From positions 1-55,953 of the forward strand of contig MCFE01000584.1 in NCBI GenBank assembly GCA_002104905.1: a stretch of DNA of 55,953 nucleotides. Direction: 5' to 3'. This stretch comes from Basidiobolus meristosporus CBS 931.73 (Eukaryota > Fungi > Basidiobolomycota). Position 1 is the first letter of the stretch; every line of letters starts with the position of its first letter. Below, piece after piece: positions 32,300-46,294 of the stretch. The notes under the pieces were generated by a model that worked only from the letters and a program-made list of their open reading frames with translations, made no database searches and was not told where the DNA came from. The position numbers and the translations under genes are program-made.

Positions 32300-35200
32300 A
32301 AGGCCATCACATATTGAAAGTCTTGTGACTAAGAGGTACTGATCCTGTAAGGACACCATGCAGAGACCATTGAAAAATAATTGCACCCCCAGATTTCACA
32401 AAAAACTTGGTCAAAATTTTTCATCCCAACAATATATTAGTGGCTTTTGATTAGTTCCCTGCCAATTTTCTCACTTTCTGATCCTTGACATTTAATCACC
32501 TCCTGCATTTGTGTACACTGATTGGTTATTGCCTCTTTTTCAGGCTCCTTACCTCCTGGCTCAACTGTTTCTCTTACTTTTAATGCATACAAATTGATTT
32601 ATTTCTGATGAAACTTCAGTAGTACCTCAATTGCCAATTGTAGTGACCTATTCAAGTCCCTATACCCTACACTAACATTTAGCCCAACCTCACACTCAGC
32701 AAGTAACACCATTAAGATCCACCACTCATAAGTGTTTCTGCTGTAACACTCTGTTTCCATGACTCCTGCAGGAACCCAACAGCTTTATGCCACTGCTCCT
32801 TCACTGGATCCCACACATCCTGGTATTTAACCAGCACTGCAAGGTCTAGCACCTCATCTGCCAGCTTTTGCAATAAATCCTTGCAATATTTAAGTGGGTT
32901 TTCTTGAGCACTGCTTGTGAAGAAGTCCTGCAACCTCTTGGTGTACCTATTAATGTTCAAAAGTTTGACCAAAGGCACCATGATACACTTTTGAGTTCTT
33001 GACATTGTTGCCTTGTTTATCAGTGGGATCTCCACTCTGTCAGCAATGGAGGATGTGGAGGCTGTGGTAGAAAAATTGCCTTTTTCAGCAAACTCATCTA
33101 CCCTGCTGGAGTATAGCTCAGCTGCCTGTGCTTCCAACTCTTGTAAAAACAACTGTTTTCTTGTTGGTGATTCTTCTTGGCCATGATGGGATTCAGTCAG
33201 TTCCAGGCTTATGGTGCTAATTGGCAAGAACTGCAGTATTTTTTGTATGCTTCCCTGTCTCAGGCTTGGGTAGACACTTTTCCCTTTACCTTTTCCTTTA
33301 TCACTGCTGCATTGTCCAAGTGCTTCTAGTAATGAACTACATACTTTCCCTGATAAATTCTGCTCTAATGCATCTGTTTTGGCCTGCTTGTCCCTTGCTG
33401 GCACTCTCCTGGCAACTTGACATTTCTTTACCACTTGTTTTGAGCTCCCAGCTGTAGTTGTAATGGGCTCCTGAGAAAGCAGCTGGTTTTTATTGCTGCT
33501 ACTTTGACTGAGTGCTTCTTGAGTGGTCCTATGTTTTTTCCTTGATAAATGTTGTGCTAGTGCATCTATATCTGCCTGTTTGTCCCTGATTGGCACTCTT
33601 CCAGCTACCTGACATCTCTTTGACACTTGTTTGGAGCTTTTGGCCCTGCTTCTAACAGACTCTTGAGGAAGCCACTGGTTTTTAGCCATGCAACCCTTTT
33701 TCTTCTGCCTTTGATAGTTTCTGCTATTCTTAAGATACCTTTTTAGCAAACCAATGCTGGCCCAAAGTCCTTTTGCCTGTTTGAATCCAGGATAATGCTC
33801 ATGGAGCAAGTCAATCACATTCTGCTGGCCTTGAGTTCCTGATGGTTCTATGGTATGCTGGCCTCAAGGTGATGGTACACTAGACTTCTGACCTCTGGGC
33901 ACTGTTGTTGTGCTTCAAAGACAGAATGGTGTTCCTCTGCTTTTACACCAGGAAATGGCTCAATTCTTGGCTGTGACATTGTGCTACTTGAGTTCCTTCT
34001 TTATAGCAAAGATACTGCTTTCTCTACCTGGGATATTGATTGCTCCACACATATTATCCACTCATCTTGTTTCTGGACTACTTTGTGACTTCTCTGTGTC
34101 ATTAAATATATACTATCAGCCACCGCACCTAATTGCTTCATCAATGCTTTTGTATGTGCTGACAAAATACTTGCTGATATGGGGGGTGGTGATATTATAA
34201 TGGCCACTTGCTGGTCTTTAACTGAAGGTACTGCATTTACAACACCCTCATTGGCCTGAGCAAAACAGACAGCTTGTAGCTCCACAGATGTTCTCAATTG
34301 CCTACTTGACTGAGAGCCTGAGGAGTACGCATTATTATATTCAGTGGGCACACTGTCAACATGGCCTTTTTGGATGTAGCCCTGCTTGTTGAACTGAATG
34401 TCAGAGCAAGCTGTTGTTCAGTCATTCTTCTGCTGCTGTCAGAGGCAGGGTTTGGTTGAGAACCAGACAACTTTGCTTAATTTTTTGGCAGCATATATAT
34501 GGAACTGGGTCAAACCAATGGGAAAATAGTGTTATATATATGTGGGTATGTGATACCAAAACTTTATTTATAATGCTTACTATGGTGGGTCATCATGTGG
34601 ATGTTACATTCATTCAGTGCAATGTCTCAAATACAAGACTGTCTCAAACTCACATGAGTATTGACCAAAATGTGATATAGTAGTCTTACATTGTTGAGGG
34701 TCAAACTGTTTGCCCCATGGGCAAGACCACTTTGATTCAACTCCATAAGAGAAGAGAAAAAAGACCATGTGGCTATTGTAGCAAGCCTCTCAGCCATGAA
34801 GCATGCAAAGTGCATAGGAAGTATTACAGGCATCAAAGCCAGTGTTTTGCCACACAAGTTAAACTTGACCATTCATCAGTCACTACTCTGCCAATATTAT
34901 CTTGCCAGCCAGTTGATACTTCTATATTGGCACTTGGTCATCTTTGTAACCTTGCGCAAACTGAGTCAGGTTAGTTTGTGGCATCTTTAGGCTCACCTCA
35001 GCCTTCTGAAAATAGCATGCAGAGTGACAGCTCTGAGAATGAAGACTCACTGTTGCAATGCAAGAATATATCCCCTAACAATAGTACCATGTATGAGCCT
35101 GGTCAAATCCCAATATGTAATGAGGCAGCACCCATTGAAACAAATGCCAAGGATACTTTATGGAGCCAAGTGAGCCCAGTAATCCATCTACTGGTGAATG

Positions 35201-37400
35201 ATGTAATGTTGTAGCTAGAGAAGTGGCACAATTGCACTGGTATCAATAATGGTGGCCTTGGGAATTGACTACTACTTCTTGCCAGAATCATTCTGGGATG
35301 CAACTTATTATGTACATAGTACAAGTGGACAACCATCATGCAGCTAGGAACATATGACACAGAGACTGTCCTGATTCCAGAATGTGTCAGCAGTTGCACA
35401 GCATTCACATCCAAAAATGCCACCATTGCAACATGTTGAAATTGTCAGGAATCAACCACCATTGAGGGAAAGTATTGTTCAGACTCCAGATAACTTCCAG
35501 TAATACCACATTTAAAGAAGCTCATCCAGTCCAACAAATATTGCAAAGCTATAAAGTACCACACTCAGTATCAATGAAGTGCAAACATATCAGATATATT
35601 TGATGGCAGACATTACAAACAGCTAAGAAGCAAGGGCTACTATGAAGGTATTTACAACCATGCCTTTGCTTTAGCACTTGATGGATTCTCATTAAACAAG
35701 TACTCTACCGTTGAATATTGCTGGCCACTGATTCTCATCCACCTGAATCTGCCAACTATCTTACAGTATCAGAGCCAAGATCTGATGGTAGTCTGACTGG
35801 TATCTGGGCCTAAATTGCTGTCCAACCTGGATTGCTACCTGTATCCATTGCTGGATGAATTTAGTATGCATTCCAGCAAAATAATAGTAAATGGTCATCA
35901 TGTCAGAGTGCTTATTGCTATCTGCAATGAAGATAATCCAGCCATCAGCAAGATAGCTGGCTTTCCTGGGCACAATGGACAGTATTGATGTCAAATGTGT
36001 GAGATCCAGGGATTTATTTGATAACTCACATACATTATTATTACCCAAATACCAGCACTAAAAACATCATCTTCTCACAGAGAGAATGTACAGAAGTCAG
36101 CTTGCAATTGCAGTAAAGTTGGCAAGCTATAGGCTATCAGCCAGAATATGGAATCAATTGGAAACCAGAGATACTTAGTATTGAGGGTATCTCTTGGAGC
36201 AATAGCTTTCCACTGGGAGCAACGCATTTACTTTTCAACATTCTCCATATACTGATGACTAAGCTTTACATGTGGCATTTCAAGCAAGTGAGCCCTTCAA
36301 GATACCAGAGATCTTTGAAAGAATTGGCAAGATATTGCAGAATATCTGCTACCCTAAGTATTTCTCATGGGCTCCAATCAATATTAATATGCATATGCTA
36401 CAATAAAAATGCAAAGACTGGATGAACTGGCTATGTATTTATGCAAGTAGCCTTCTGAAGCCATTCCTACCAAGGGTACATTCAAAGCATTGGGAGTCAT
36501 ATGTGGACATTGTAGGAATATTTATCCAAAAGCAGAAAACCAATGCCAACTTGACACATCTACAGCAGTTGTACAAGGAGTTTGTCACAGGATTTGGGCA
36601 GCTACTCTATAAACATAAAGCTGAACTTGTAGATTTCTGCTGCTACTGTATCCAGTCTCTATTCCTTCCGGCTTGGTGTGCGGAGAATTTTGGGCCTTGC
36701 TTCACCTTTTGGGAGTTTCCTATGGAGTGGATGTGTAGGGAGATAAAAGGACAAGTCCGGTTGCAGATACTACCATATCCTAATCTCATCAAGAATATTA
36801 CCTTCAAGTCTGTGATGAATATGATTAGTTGGTATATGGAGGACAGCCAGGAAGAGCTGAGAGATACTGAGGACAGATGTGCACATAGAGACACCTATGC
36901 CTATGGAATTAGGAAGCTATGCAACCCCAATGTCTGGGTAATCAGTTAAGTGATGCAAAGTTGGGAAGGGTGCAACAAGCAACTAATTTTGATTAGGAAA
37001 GCTCTACCAAAGTATGCCTGGTTTCTCTTGATCACAAGCCAACTTCTACACCATTCAAAACAGAATTCACACAAACAAAAGCCTGAGCACACCAATAAGA
37101 GGACTAGAATCCAGCAGGGAGAAGGAATACATTGGCTAAATACCAAAAAGTTCTTTGAGGATATTCAGGAGGTATACATGGTAGATGTGGTGGCAACCAA
37201 GCCCATGTTTGCAAGAAGATATTTAACCTGCAGTAAAAAGTATATGGCAGCTTTGCAAGTATCACACTAAAAAGCCATAAAAGTGAGGTGAAAGAAGCAT
37301 GTCAATTGCGGCAGGTGTATGCATTTGTAGAGGTTGGTAAGCAGGGGGCCATAGTTTTTTGAATTGAACTATATGTGGAATACCTAAGGTAGTAGTGGGT
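32300..37400. mobile_element. CACTA/EnSpm-like element copy 1: ORF2 (-) 32712-34370 divergent from transposase (+) ~34560-37270
   Basis: Transposase motifs DIFDGRHYKQL, ALALDGF, GPK..NLDCYLYPLLDE, EDNPAISKIAGFPGHNG..CQMC, NWLCIYAS and NFGPCFTFWEFPMEWMC are typical of fungal Transposase_21/Tnp2 proteins. A TATATA spacer lies between the two ORFs. Confidence 0.75.
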
Positions 37401-37699
37401 AAGCAAATATAGAGGGGTGATTATACAGTGAAATATATGATTTGCGCAAGGGGAGGCAGAAAAAGAAAATACCAATTAGTAAATTGGCATGGCAGCATTG
37501 TACAGAACTACCTGTAGGCTGCTATACAGCCATGATGATGCCATCAAAGACTTGCAATGAGGCCATCAAGACACCATCAAGTTTTTTGTCATATAAGGCA
37601 ACTAGATGTACTGGCTGGTTAGATCTGTTCAAAATAGTCAAAGAACACATTAAGACCACAACAATGCCATGCAAATATTGCTATAGCAGTGATTAAACT

Positions 37700-40600
37700 C
37701 TGTCAAGTTTTTTACTTTATTTGGTAGTAGATTTAGTAAAACACCATTGAGATTCTGTCACCAAATTGTTAAGAGGGTCACTAATTCCAGGCTGCTGGTA
37801 TTTTGACAGTCTCCAAGCAGGATTCTGATGGCTGATCTAGATTGGGTCTACCCATGGGGCCAAATTATTATTCATAGGGTAACTGTTGCACTGATGCTGC
37901 TATTCCCTGCCTGCCTGCCCCTTACAGGTACTCTTCTGGGGCTGGTGCTTCTTTGCCCCTCATTTGGAGCTCTCAGCCCTGCCTATGATGAGCTTAGGAG
38001 GATGCTATTAGTTTTTAGCTATGGTACCCTTGTTCTTCAGCCTGTGACAGTTTCTACTATTTATGCAATACTTTCTTGACATACCAATGCTAGCCTAAAA
38101 TCTGCTGGCTAGCTTGAGTCCAGGTAAATGCTCATGGAGCAGATTGCTTGTATTGTACTTAGCCTTGAGTTCCTGATGGCCCCATGTATGCTGGTATTAA
38201 GGTGATGGCATTCTAGACTTCTAGTAGGCTTTTGATTATTAGCACACCCTTCATTATTGCACTCAGCAGCTTTACAGATCTTTGATGTCAGTGTATTTGT
38301 AGGCTTGGCTACAAATATTGCATTCTCTTGCTCCTGGGCTCTATTAAGGTTCTCTGTCATCTTTATCTTTGGGCACTATTGTTGTACTTCAAATACTGTT
38401 TAGCATGCCTCTGCATTTTTATTGGGAAATGATTTGTTTCTTGGTTGAACATCATGCTACTTGAGCTCTTTTGTTGCAACCTACATACTGCATTCTCTAC
38501 CTGGGATAATGTTTGCTCTACATATATATCTACTCTTCCTGTCTCTGGTGATGTGCATCAGCATTTAAAGTTTAGCCAATTTCCCTCCATTAGAAAATCT
38601 AGTACCCTAACTGATTTTCCCTAACCCAAACATAACCTATCCCTGTTATGGATTATTTTATCACTGCTCAGAGGCTACTTTTAGCTGTCACACCTGATTA
38701 ATTTTCATGTGGTCATTACATCCTCAACTGGCCTTTCTAAAGGATTAGTCATCTGAGATCTAACCAACCACACAGTAGTTGCCAAGATATCAGCTGATTA
38801 ATGATGCAATGTTCATTTGTCTTATGCACCTATCAACACCCCAACAGATTTCAATTAGTCCAGTCTCTTGGCACTGACTAATTCAACTTGATCAGAAAAG
38901 TATAAATAAAGATTACTGAAACTTTTGGTTTAGTGTGTGTCTCAAAAAAATTAAGATTGTGCCTCTGCAAAGTTAAGAGTGCAGCAATTCTGTTCTAGTT
39001 TTCACCCAAGCCTAGTATATCTGGCATTCCCAAGAACCCCAAGCCTAGCCTGTATAGCAAACCAACTCTGTTGCACTTATAGCTCAACTCTACTACATAC
39101 AAAACCAATATTATACCAGAACTTCTCTGCTAGTATTTCTGTCACCCTTGACAATTCCAAGATTCTGTGCTTAGTTGTCACTTAGGTTCAGTTATCTCAT
39201 TCAAGAGCTTTATTACACTTTTCTCTTGGATACAACATCTGGCCTATATCCTGATTTATCTGGGTCATTGTATCAATCCTGTTGACCACTGCACATAGCT
39301 GCCTTGTTAAAGCTTTGGTATGAGCTAACTACATACTTGCTAGTACTAGTGGTGGTGTTGTTGTGACAACCATTTGCTGATCATCTACTGGAGGTACTGC
39401 ATTTGCTACACTCTCACATCAATGAGCATTATGATCAGCTTGTGGCTCTGCACAGATGCCCAGTTGCCAATATGACATAGAACCTGAAAAGTTTGCATTA
39501 TTACCCTCTATGAGTACACTGTCTACATGGACTTTTTGGATGTAGCACCACTTGTTGCACTAAATATCAGAGTAAGCTGTTGTTCAACTGCACTTCTGCT
39601 GCTATCAGCAGTCCAATTTAGTTGGGAACCAGACAACTTTGCTTTGGTATATATATATATAAGTAAGTCAGGCCAAATGGCAAATAGTGTTTTTTATCTA
39701 TGTCTGTATGTGGCACCACAACATTATTCATAAGGCTTATTATGATGGGTCTTCATAGGGTCTTACATTTGTGTATGTAAAATATCTTAGCTACAACGCT
39801 GTCTTGAAATCACATGAGTACTGGCAAAAAAGTGATACAATAGTGTGACATTCCTGAGTGTCAGGCTCTTTGCCTTTTGGAGAATGCTAATGTGATTTAA
39901 TGCCATAAGAGATGGAAAAATGACCATATTGCTATTGTAACAAATCTCTCAGCCCTAAAGCATGCAGCAGCACAAGGAGTATTACAAGTGTCATGGCCAT
40001 TATTCTGGCACACAAGACATACTTTAGCATTCATCAGTCACCACTCTACCAGTAATATTTTGCAGTCACTTGCTACTTCTATAATAGCACCCATTTGTAC
40101 TTGTCACCTCTTGCAAGCCAATTCAGGTAATTATGTCATGCCTTTTGGTTCACTGCAACCATCTAAATATGGCCTGCAGAGTGATAGCCTGAAGAAGGCT
40201 CATTGGTCAATTGCAAGCCTATCTCCCCTTGCAACAATACTGCGCATGAGCCTGGTGAAATCCCAATATGCCATGTGACAACACTTGTAGAAAAATGCTA
40301 AGAATATCTCATGGAGTCAAGCAAGCCCAGTAATCTAGTAACTGGTGAATGATGTAAAGCTTTGGCTAGAAAAGTGGTGTGTTTCCACCAATATCAGTAA
40401 TGGGGGCTTTCAGGATTTACTGCTACTAGTTGCCAATATTATTCCAGTGGCCAACTTACCATCTACTAGGTACAAATGGAAAATGATTATGCAGCTGGCA
40501 ACATATGACTCAGAAACAGCTCTGATACAAGCATGTACCAATAGTAGCATAGCATTCACAGCAGAAAATGCCACCATTGCAAGGTGCTCAACTGATCAGG

Positions 40601-41150
40601 TATCCACCAACACAATAGGAAGACATTCTCCACACTCCAGATATATTCCAGTAATACCCTATCTAAAGAAGCTGATGCAGTCCATTAAATATGGAGCAGC
40701 CATGAAGTACTTCACTCAGCAACAATCAAGCACAAACACCTCCAATGTATTTGATGGCAAACATTACAGACAACTAAGAAGCAAGGTCAACATTGAAGGT
40801 ATACTTGACCATACCTTTGCCTTTGCACTTGATGGACACTCATTGGAAAGTACTCAAGCAGCAAATCCTGTTAGCTGCTGACTCACATTAACCTGAGTCT
40901 GCTGCCAATCTTACAGTATTAGAGCAGAAATCTCATGGTAGTCTTACTGTTATCTGGGCATAAATCACTGTGCAACCTGGATGGCTACGCAAACCTATTA
41001 CTGGAAGAATTTTTTATGCTATCTGGCAGGATATTAGTAAATGACTGTCATGTCAAAGCACATATTAATATCTGCATGGAAGATATCCCAGCAATCAGCA
41101 AGATAGCTGGCTCTTCTGGCCGCAAGGGGCAGTAAAGCTGTTGAATACAT
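37700..41150. mobile_element. CACTA-like copy 2: ORF2 fragments (-) 37700-38520 and 39330-39550, transposase (+) ~39700-41150
   Basis: ORF 40345-40881 parallels 35200-35700 (WLEKW, DGKHYRQLRSK, FAFALDG). Same divergent layout. An unassigned insert lies at ~38560-39320. Confidence 0.7.
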
Positions 41151-41739
41151 GAGATCCAAGGTATTTATTCCATATCTCACTCATTATTCCTATCCCCACC
41201 CATTTGAGAAATAAGTTGGTCACATGTATGTTTCTGATCTATGTCAGCCATCAGGTTCCTGCAATGAGTCCATCATAATGCTGGCAGCTATAAATTATTG
41301 ACCCTCCTCACAATCTTGTGATTGGATTGTGACAGCCTTTTGCTGATTTTACTGCCAAATAAAGTTAGAAACTTGATGGTGCATAAGCAGTCTTTTGACA
41401 AGATTTGCATGGCATTCTAATGCTCCTAATGTGCCCCACATTTATTTGAATGGACCCAACTGGCCAATACATCCCATTGCTATAGATGGCAAGAGACCTG
41501 AAGGTGTTCTGATGGCTTCATTGCAACCTCTGCTAGCAATGGTGTGGCAGAATGGCATCCTAAAGCAAGTTCTGTATAATGCTATCATATCTATTTACCA
41601 AATGGTATTTTCTTTTCTACCTCTCCTTGCACCATTCATATTACCACTGTGGACTCACCCCCCTGTATTTGCTAACCCATTACTACCTTGGGTATTCCAC
41701 ATATAGTTTGAAACAAAAAAAACCATAGTCTCCTGCTTA

Positions 41740-44700
41740 CTAACCTCTACACACAGAGACTCCTGCTATAACTGACATACTTTTATCACCTCAGATTTTC
41801 AGCTTTTAGTGTAATACTTGCAAAGTTGCCATATCCCTTGTATTGATGGTAACATAAACATCTTGCAAGCATATGCTTGGCTGCCACTGCTTTTGCCATG
41901 AATGCCTCCTGAATATCTGCAAAGAACTTCCTGTTATTTAATCAATATATTTCTTTTCCCTGCTGGAACTTAGTCCCCCTTATTGGTGTACTCTGTTTCT
42001 TGCTTGTGTAAATTCTGTATGGAGTGGTGTAGAAACAAGCTAGTGACAAAGAGAAACCTGGCATGCACTGGTAGAGTTGCCCTAATGAATATTAGCTGCT
42101 TGTTGCACCCTACCCAACTTTGCATTACTCACATGACTACCCATGCATTGGGGCTGCTTGGCTTCTTATTGCCATAGGCATAGGTGTCTCCATTTACACA
42201 TCTGTCCTCAGTACCTTCAAACTCTTTCTGGCTGTCCTCCACATGCTACCTCATCACATCCATGACAGGCTTGAAGGTAACATCCTGAGACACCAAGCAA
42301 GATAGAGTAGAGAATAAGTACAGTAACAGCAGAGATCTACACATGCAGCTTTATGCTTGTAGAATTGCTGATCAAACCCCATCAAATACTCCTTGCATTA
42401 AAACTGTTAATGCATGAAGTTGATGATCTACTTCTGGATAATAATCCTGCAATGTCAACATATGACTCCCAATTCTTCCAATATACTCTTGCTTGAAATG
42501 GCTTCAGAGGGCCACTTGAATAAGTACACATCATTTCATCCAGTCCTTGCATTTTTATGGTTGCATATGCATATTTATATCAATTGGAGCCTCTGAGGAG
42601 TACTTTAGGTAGCAGATGCTCTGCAGTATCTTGCCAACTCTGTCAAATTTCCTTGGTATCTCAAAGGGCCCATTTAGCTTTAAATGCCTCATGTACACAT
42701 TGCTCATTAGCATAAGGATACTGCAGAAATAAAAATGCATTACTCCCAGCAGAAAACTATTACTCCAACAGAGTCCTTCTACTTTAAGTATCTCTGGTTT
42801 CCAATTAATTCAATATTCTGGCCAATTGATTATGGCTTGCTAACTTTGCTGCATTTGCATGCTGACTTCTGTACCCTTGCTTTGGGGGAAGATGAAGTTC
42901 CTAGTACAGGTGTTTAGACAATAATAAGGTGTGCAAGTCTGAAAGGAAATCCCCTGGAACTTGCATATTTGACAGTAGTACCATCCATTGTGCCCAAAAA
43001 AGCTGGCTATCTTACTGATGGTTGGGGTATCTCCAATGCAAACAATAATATGCATATTGATATGATAGCCCCTTAATAGTATCATACATGAAAGCATACA
43101 AAACTCATGCAGCAATGAATACAGGTAGCTATCCAGGTTGGAAAGTGATTTAGGCCCAGCTGATAGTCAGACTTCCATCCAATTTCTGCTCTAATATCAT
43201 AAGATAGGCAACAGATCCAGGCTGATGCAAATCAGCAGTCAGCAGGATTAGCTGGTAGAGTACATGTTTAAAGTGAATTATTGGTACAGTAGAGACTGAT
43301 GTGTGGTCAAATATGACTTGTGTGGCCAAATACTGGCCAGGAGCCTGCTGATATTTCCTATACATTCCGCATGCTTCATAGCTTACAGGCTGGTTGCAAT
43401 AGCCACATGGTCTTTTTTCTAGAAGATAGCCCATCATTGTTAACAATATGAATGCATTTGTGGCACCGCATCCACACATATATATAACACTAATGTGGAC
43501 TCCCCAGGCTCTCAGTCAAGTAGGCAAATGAATACCTTAGTGGAGCTTCAAGCTGAACATAATGCCCAGGCAGATGATAATGCACCAAATGCAGTGTCTT
43601 GGATCAAAGACCAGCAAGTGACCATCATAATATCACCACCACCTGTATTAGCAAGTATATTCTCAGATAATGCTCACCGTAATGCTCAGGCAGAGAAGAA
43701 TGCAGCAAATGCAGTGCCTCTGGCAAAAGACCCACAAGTGGCTGTCATAACATCACCATTGCCTGTATTAGTAAGTTCATTGTCAGCTCAGACTAAAGTA
43801 TTAATGATGGAATTAGGTGTAGAGGCTGATAGGATAAATGCAATGTCCCAGAGAGTTCAGGAAATAGTCCAGGAGCAGGATGAGACAATGAGATTGGTAG
43901 AGCAATCAGTATCCGCAGCAGTGAATACATTGCCTTTGCTCCAAAGAAGGAACTCAAGTAGCTCAATGCCACAAACAAGAAATGAGCCATTTCCCAATTT
44001 AGCAGCAGAGGAATACCATACAGTCTTCAAAGCACAACAGCAGTGCTCACACATAAAGTACACAGAGAAACCAATCACAGCAATGGAGGGAGAGACAGTG
44101 ATGTCTTTACTCAAGCCAGAAATCAAAAGATATTGAAGATCCTTGAAGCTGCTAAGTGCAATGATGAAGACTGCGCCAATATCCAAGGGGCTGTTAGAAG
44201 TCTGGTCATGGCATCACCTTGAGGCCAGAGTACCATGTGACCATCAGAAACTTATGGCCAAGCAGAATGTGCTTGACATGTTCTACAAGTATTATCCTAG
44301 ATTCAAGCAAGCAAACCAATTTTGGGCCAGCAATGGTATGGCAAGAAAGTATCTCAGGATTAGCAGTCACACCCAAAGGCCAAAGAACCAGGGTGCCATA
44401 GCTAAAGCCAGCAGCTTACTCAGGTGCTTGTTGCAAGCAGGGCAGAAAGCTCCAAAAAAGCAGCAAAAAAATATCATGTAGCCTGAAGAGTGTTAGTAAG
44501 GGACAAGCAGGCAGAAACTGATGCATCCCTGCAGGATTTATCAAGAAAAAAAATGGTTCAATATAAAAGGTACTCACTCACATTAGCAGTGAAGGGATTG
44601 ACAGTGATAAAGCCCATCACAAGCAGTTCTGAAAGCTCCATACTCAAGGCAAACAAATGTCAGGTTACTGGGAGAGTAATGACAAGGGACAAGAAGGCAA

Positions 44701-45340
44701 AAACAAATGCACCAGTGTGGTATTTGCCAAGGAGAGAACAAAATACAATACCAGAAGGGCTCAGTCAAAGTAGCAGTGAAGACTTTGCTGCAATAAAGGT
44801 AAAGGTAAAGAGAAAAAAGTCTACCCAAGCCAGAGACAGGGAAGCATCCAGGAGCACCAAGCAGTTTTTGTGCTTCTTCATGAGCAATGACTAAGAATGC
44901 ACTCTTAAATGTTGCAAGGTCCTATTGGAAAGACTGGCAGATTAAGTGCTAGATCTTGCAGTACCAGCTGAATACCAGTATGTATGGGAACCAGTTTATG
45001 AACAGTGGCCTAAAGGTATCCTGCCAAAGTGTTGGAAAAGGGTGTTACAGCTGAAATACTTATTGAATGGTGAATTTTGATGGAGTTTCTTGTAAATGTA
45101 GTGTTGGGTGGAGGGACTTATATATAGGTCAGTACAATTGGCATTGAGGTACAATTGAAGTATCAATGGGAATATATCTATTTGTATGCATGAAAAGTAA
45201 GAGATTTGGTTTAGTCAGAAAGTAACAAGTGTGAAAAAGAGGCAACAGCCAATCAATATATGCAAACATAGAAGGTGATTTTGCTTCCAGGATTAGAAAG
45301 CGGGAGAATTGGCTGAAGACCAATCTAAAGTTACTTAATT
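41740..45340. mobile_element. CACTA-like copy 3 in inverted orientation: transposase (-) ~41740-43480, ORF2 (+) 43495-45050
   Basis: Minus strand gives KRPCGYCNQPVSYEAC and GDTPTISKIASFFGHNGWYYCQIC. ORF2 has YPRFKQANQFWASNGMARKYL, matching YPGFKQAKGLWASIGLLKRYL in copy 1. Confidence 0.72.
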
Positions 45341-45479
45341 GGCAGAATATTACAGATTATCTGCCACCTAGACTGTTTCTCACTGGCTCTAAACAACCTT
45401 CATATATTTATGCAACAATACAAATGCAAGTACTGAATGAGCCAGACATGTATTTATTCAAGTGACCCACTAAATTGAC

Positions 45480-46250
45480 TCCTGCTCAGAGTACATTGGA
45501 AGCATTGGGAGTCATATGCTGCCATTTGAGAAATTTTATCCAGAAGTGGATCACAATACTAACTTCACACATCTGCAGCTTTTATGCAAGGAGCATGTTG
45601 TGATTTGAGTGACCATTCTACAAGCATAAAGCTGATCACATAGATCTCTACTGCTACAGTATCCAATCTCTACTTCATCTTCCTTAGTGTGTGGAGAATA
45701 ATGGGTCTTGCTTCACCTTTTGGGAGTTTCCTATGGAGCAGATTTGTGGGGAAATAGGAAGACAGGTCAGTTGCAAGTGCCACCATATCCCAATCTCATC
45801 AATATCATTACTTTTAGGTCCATCATTGATGAGATGAGTTGGTGCATGGAGGACAGTCAGAAATAGTTAGAGAATACTGAGGATATATGCACATATGGAG
45901 ACACCTAAGCCTTTGGCATTAAGAAGATAGACAGCCTTAATGCATGGGTAATCAATTAAGTAATGCAAACATGGATTGGATATAACACACAACCAACTCT
46001 TATTGGCACAACCTTACTACAGTATGCCAGGTTTCCCTTGGCTACAGGCCAGTTTCTACATCATGCAATAAAGAACTCATACAGACTACAGCCACAGTAT
46101 ACTTACAAGGGGAACTAGTAGAGAGCAGGGAGAAGCAATATATTAATTAGGTACCAAAATATTTTTTGCAAATATTCAAGAGTTACTCATGCCATAAGGG
46201 GCAACAACCAAGCATATGTTTGCAAGAAGCATATAATAGACTTTTTCCAT
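45480..46250 (+). mobile_element. CACTA transposase C-terminal fragment (copy 4)
   Basis: aagcattgggagtcatat...tgcttcaccttttgggagtttcctatggag is near-identical to 36485-36730. Confidence 0.75.
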
Positions 46251-46294
46251 TGGGGAGTGCCAATCAGTGCCATTGTGTGTCAGTGAATATTTAT

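Noticed and set aside
25324-46250. Neurospora-type RIP as the cause of TE decay
   Set aside because: CA and TG dinucleotides are abundant while CG is missing. This fits CpG deamination rather than CpA>TpA RIP (judged by eye, indices not computed).
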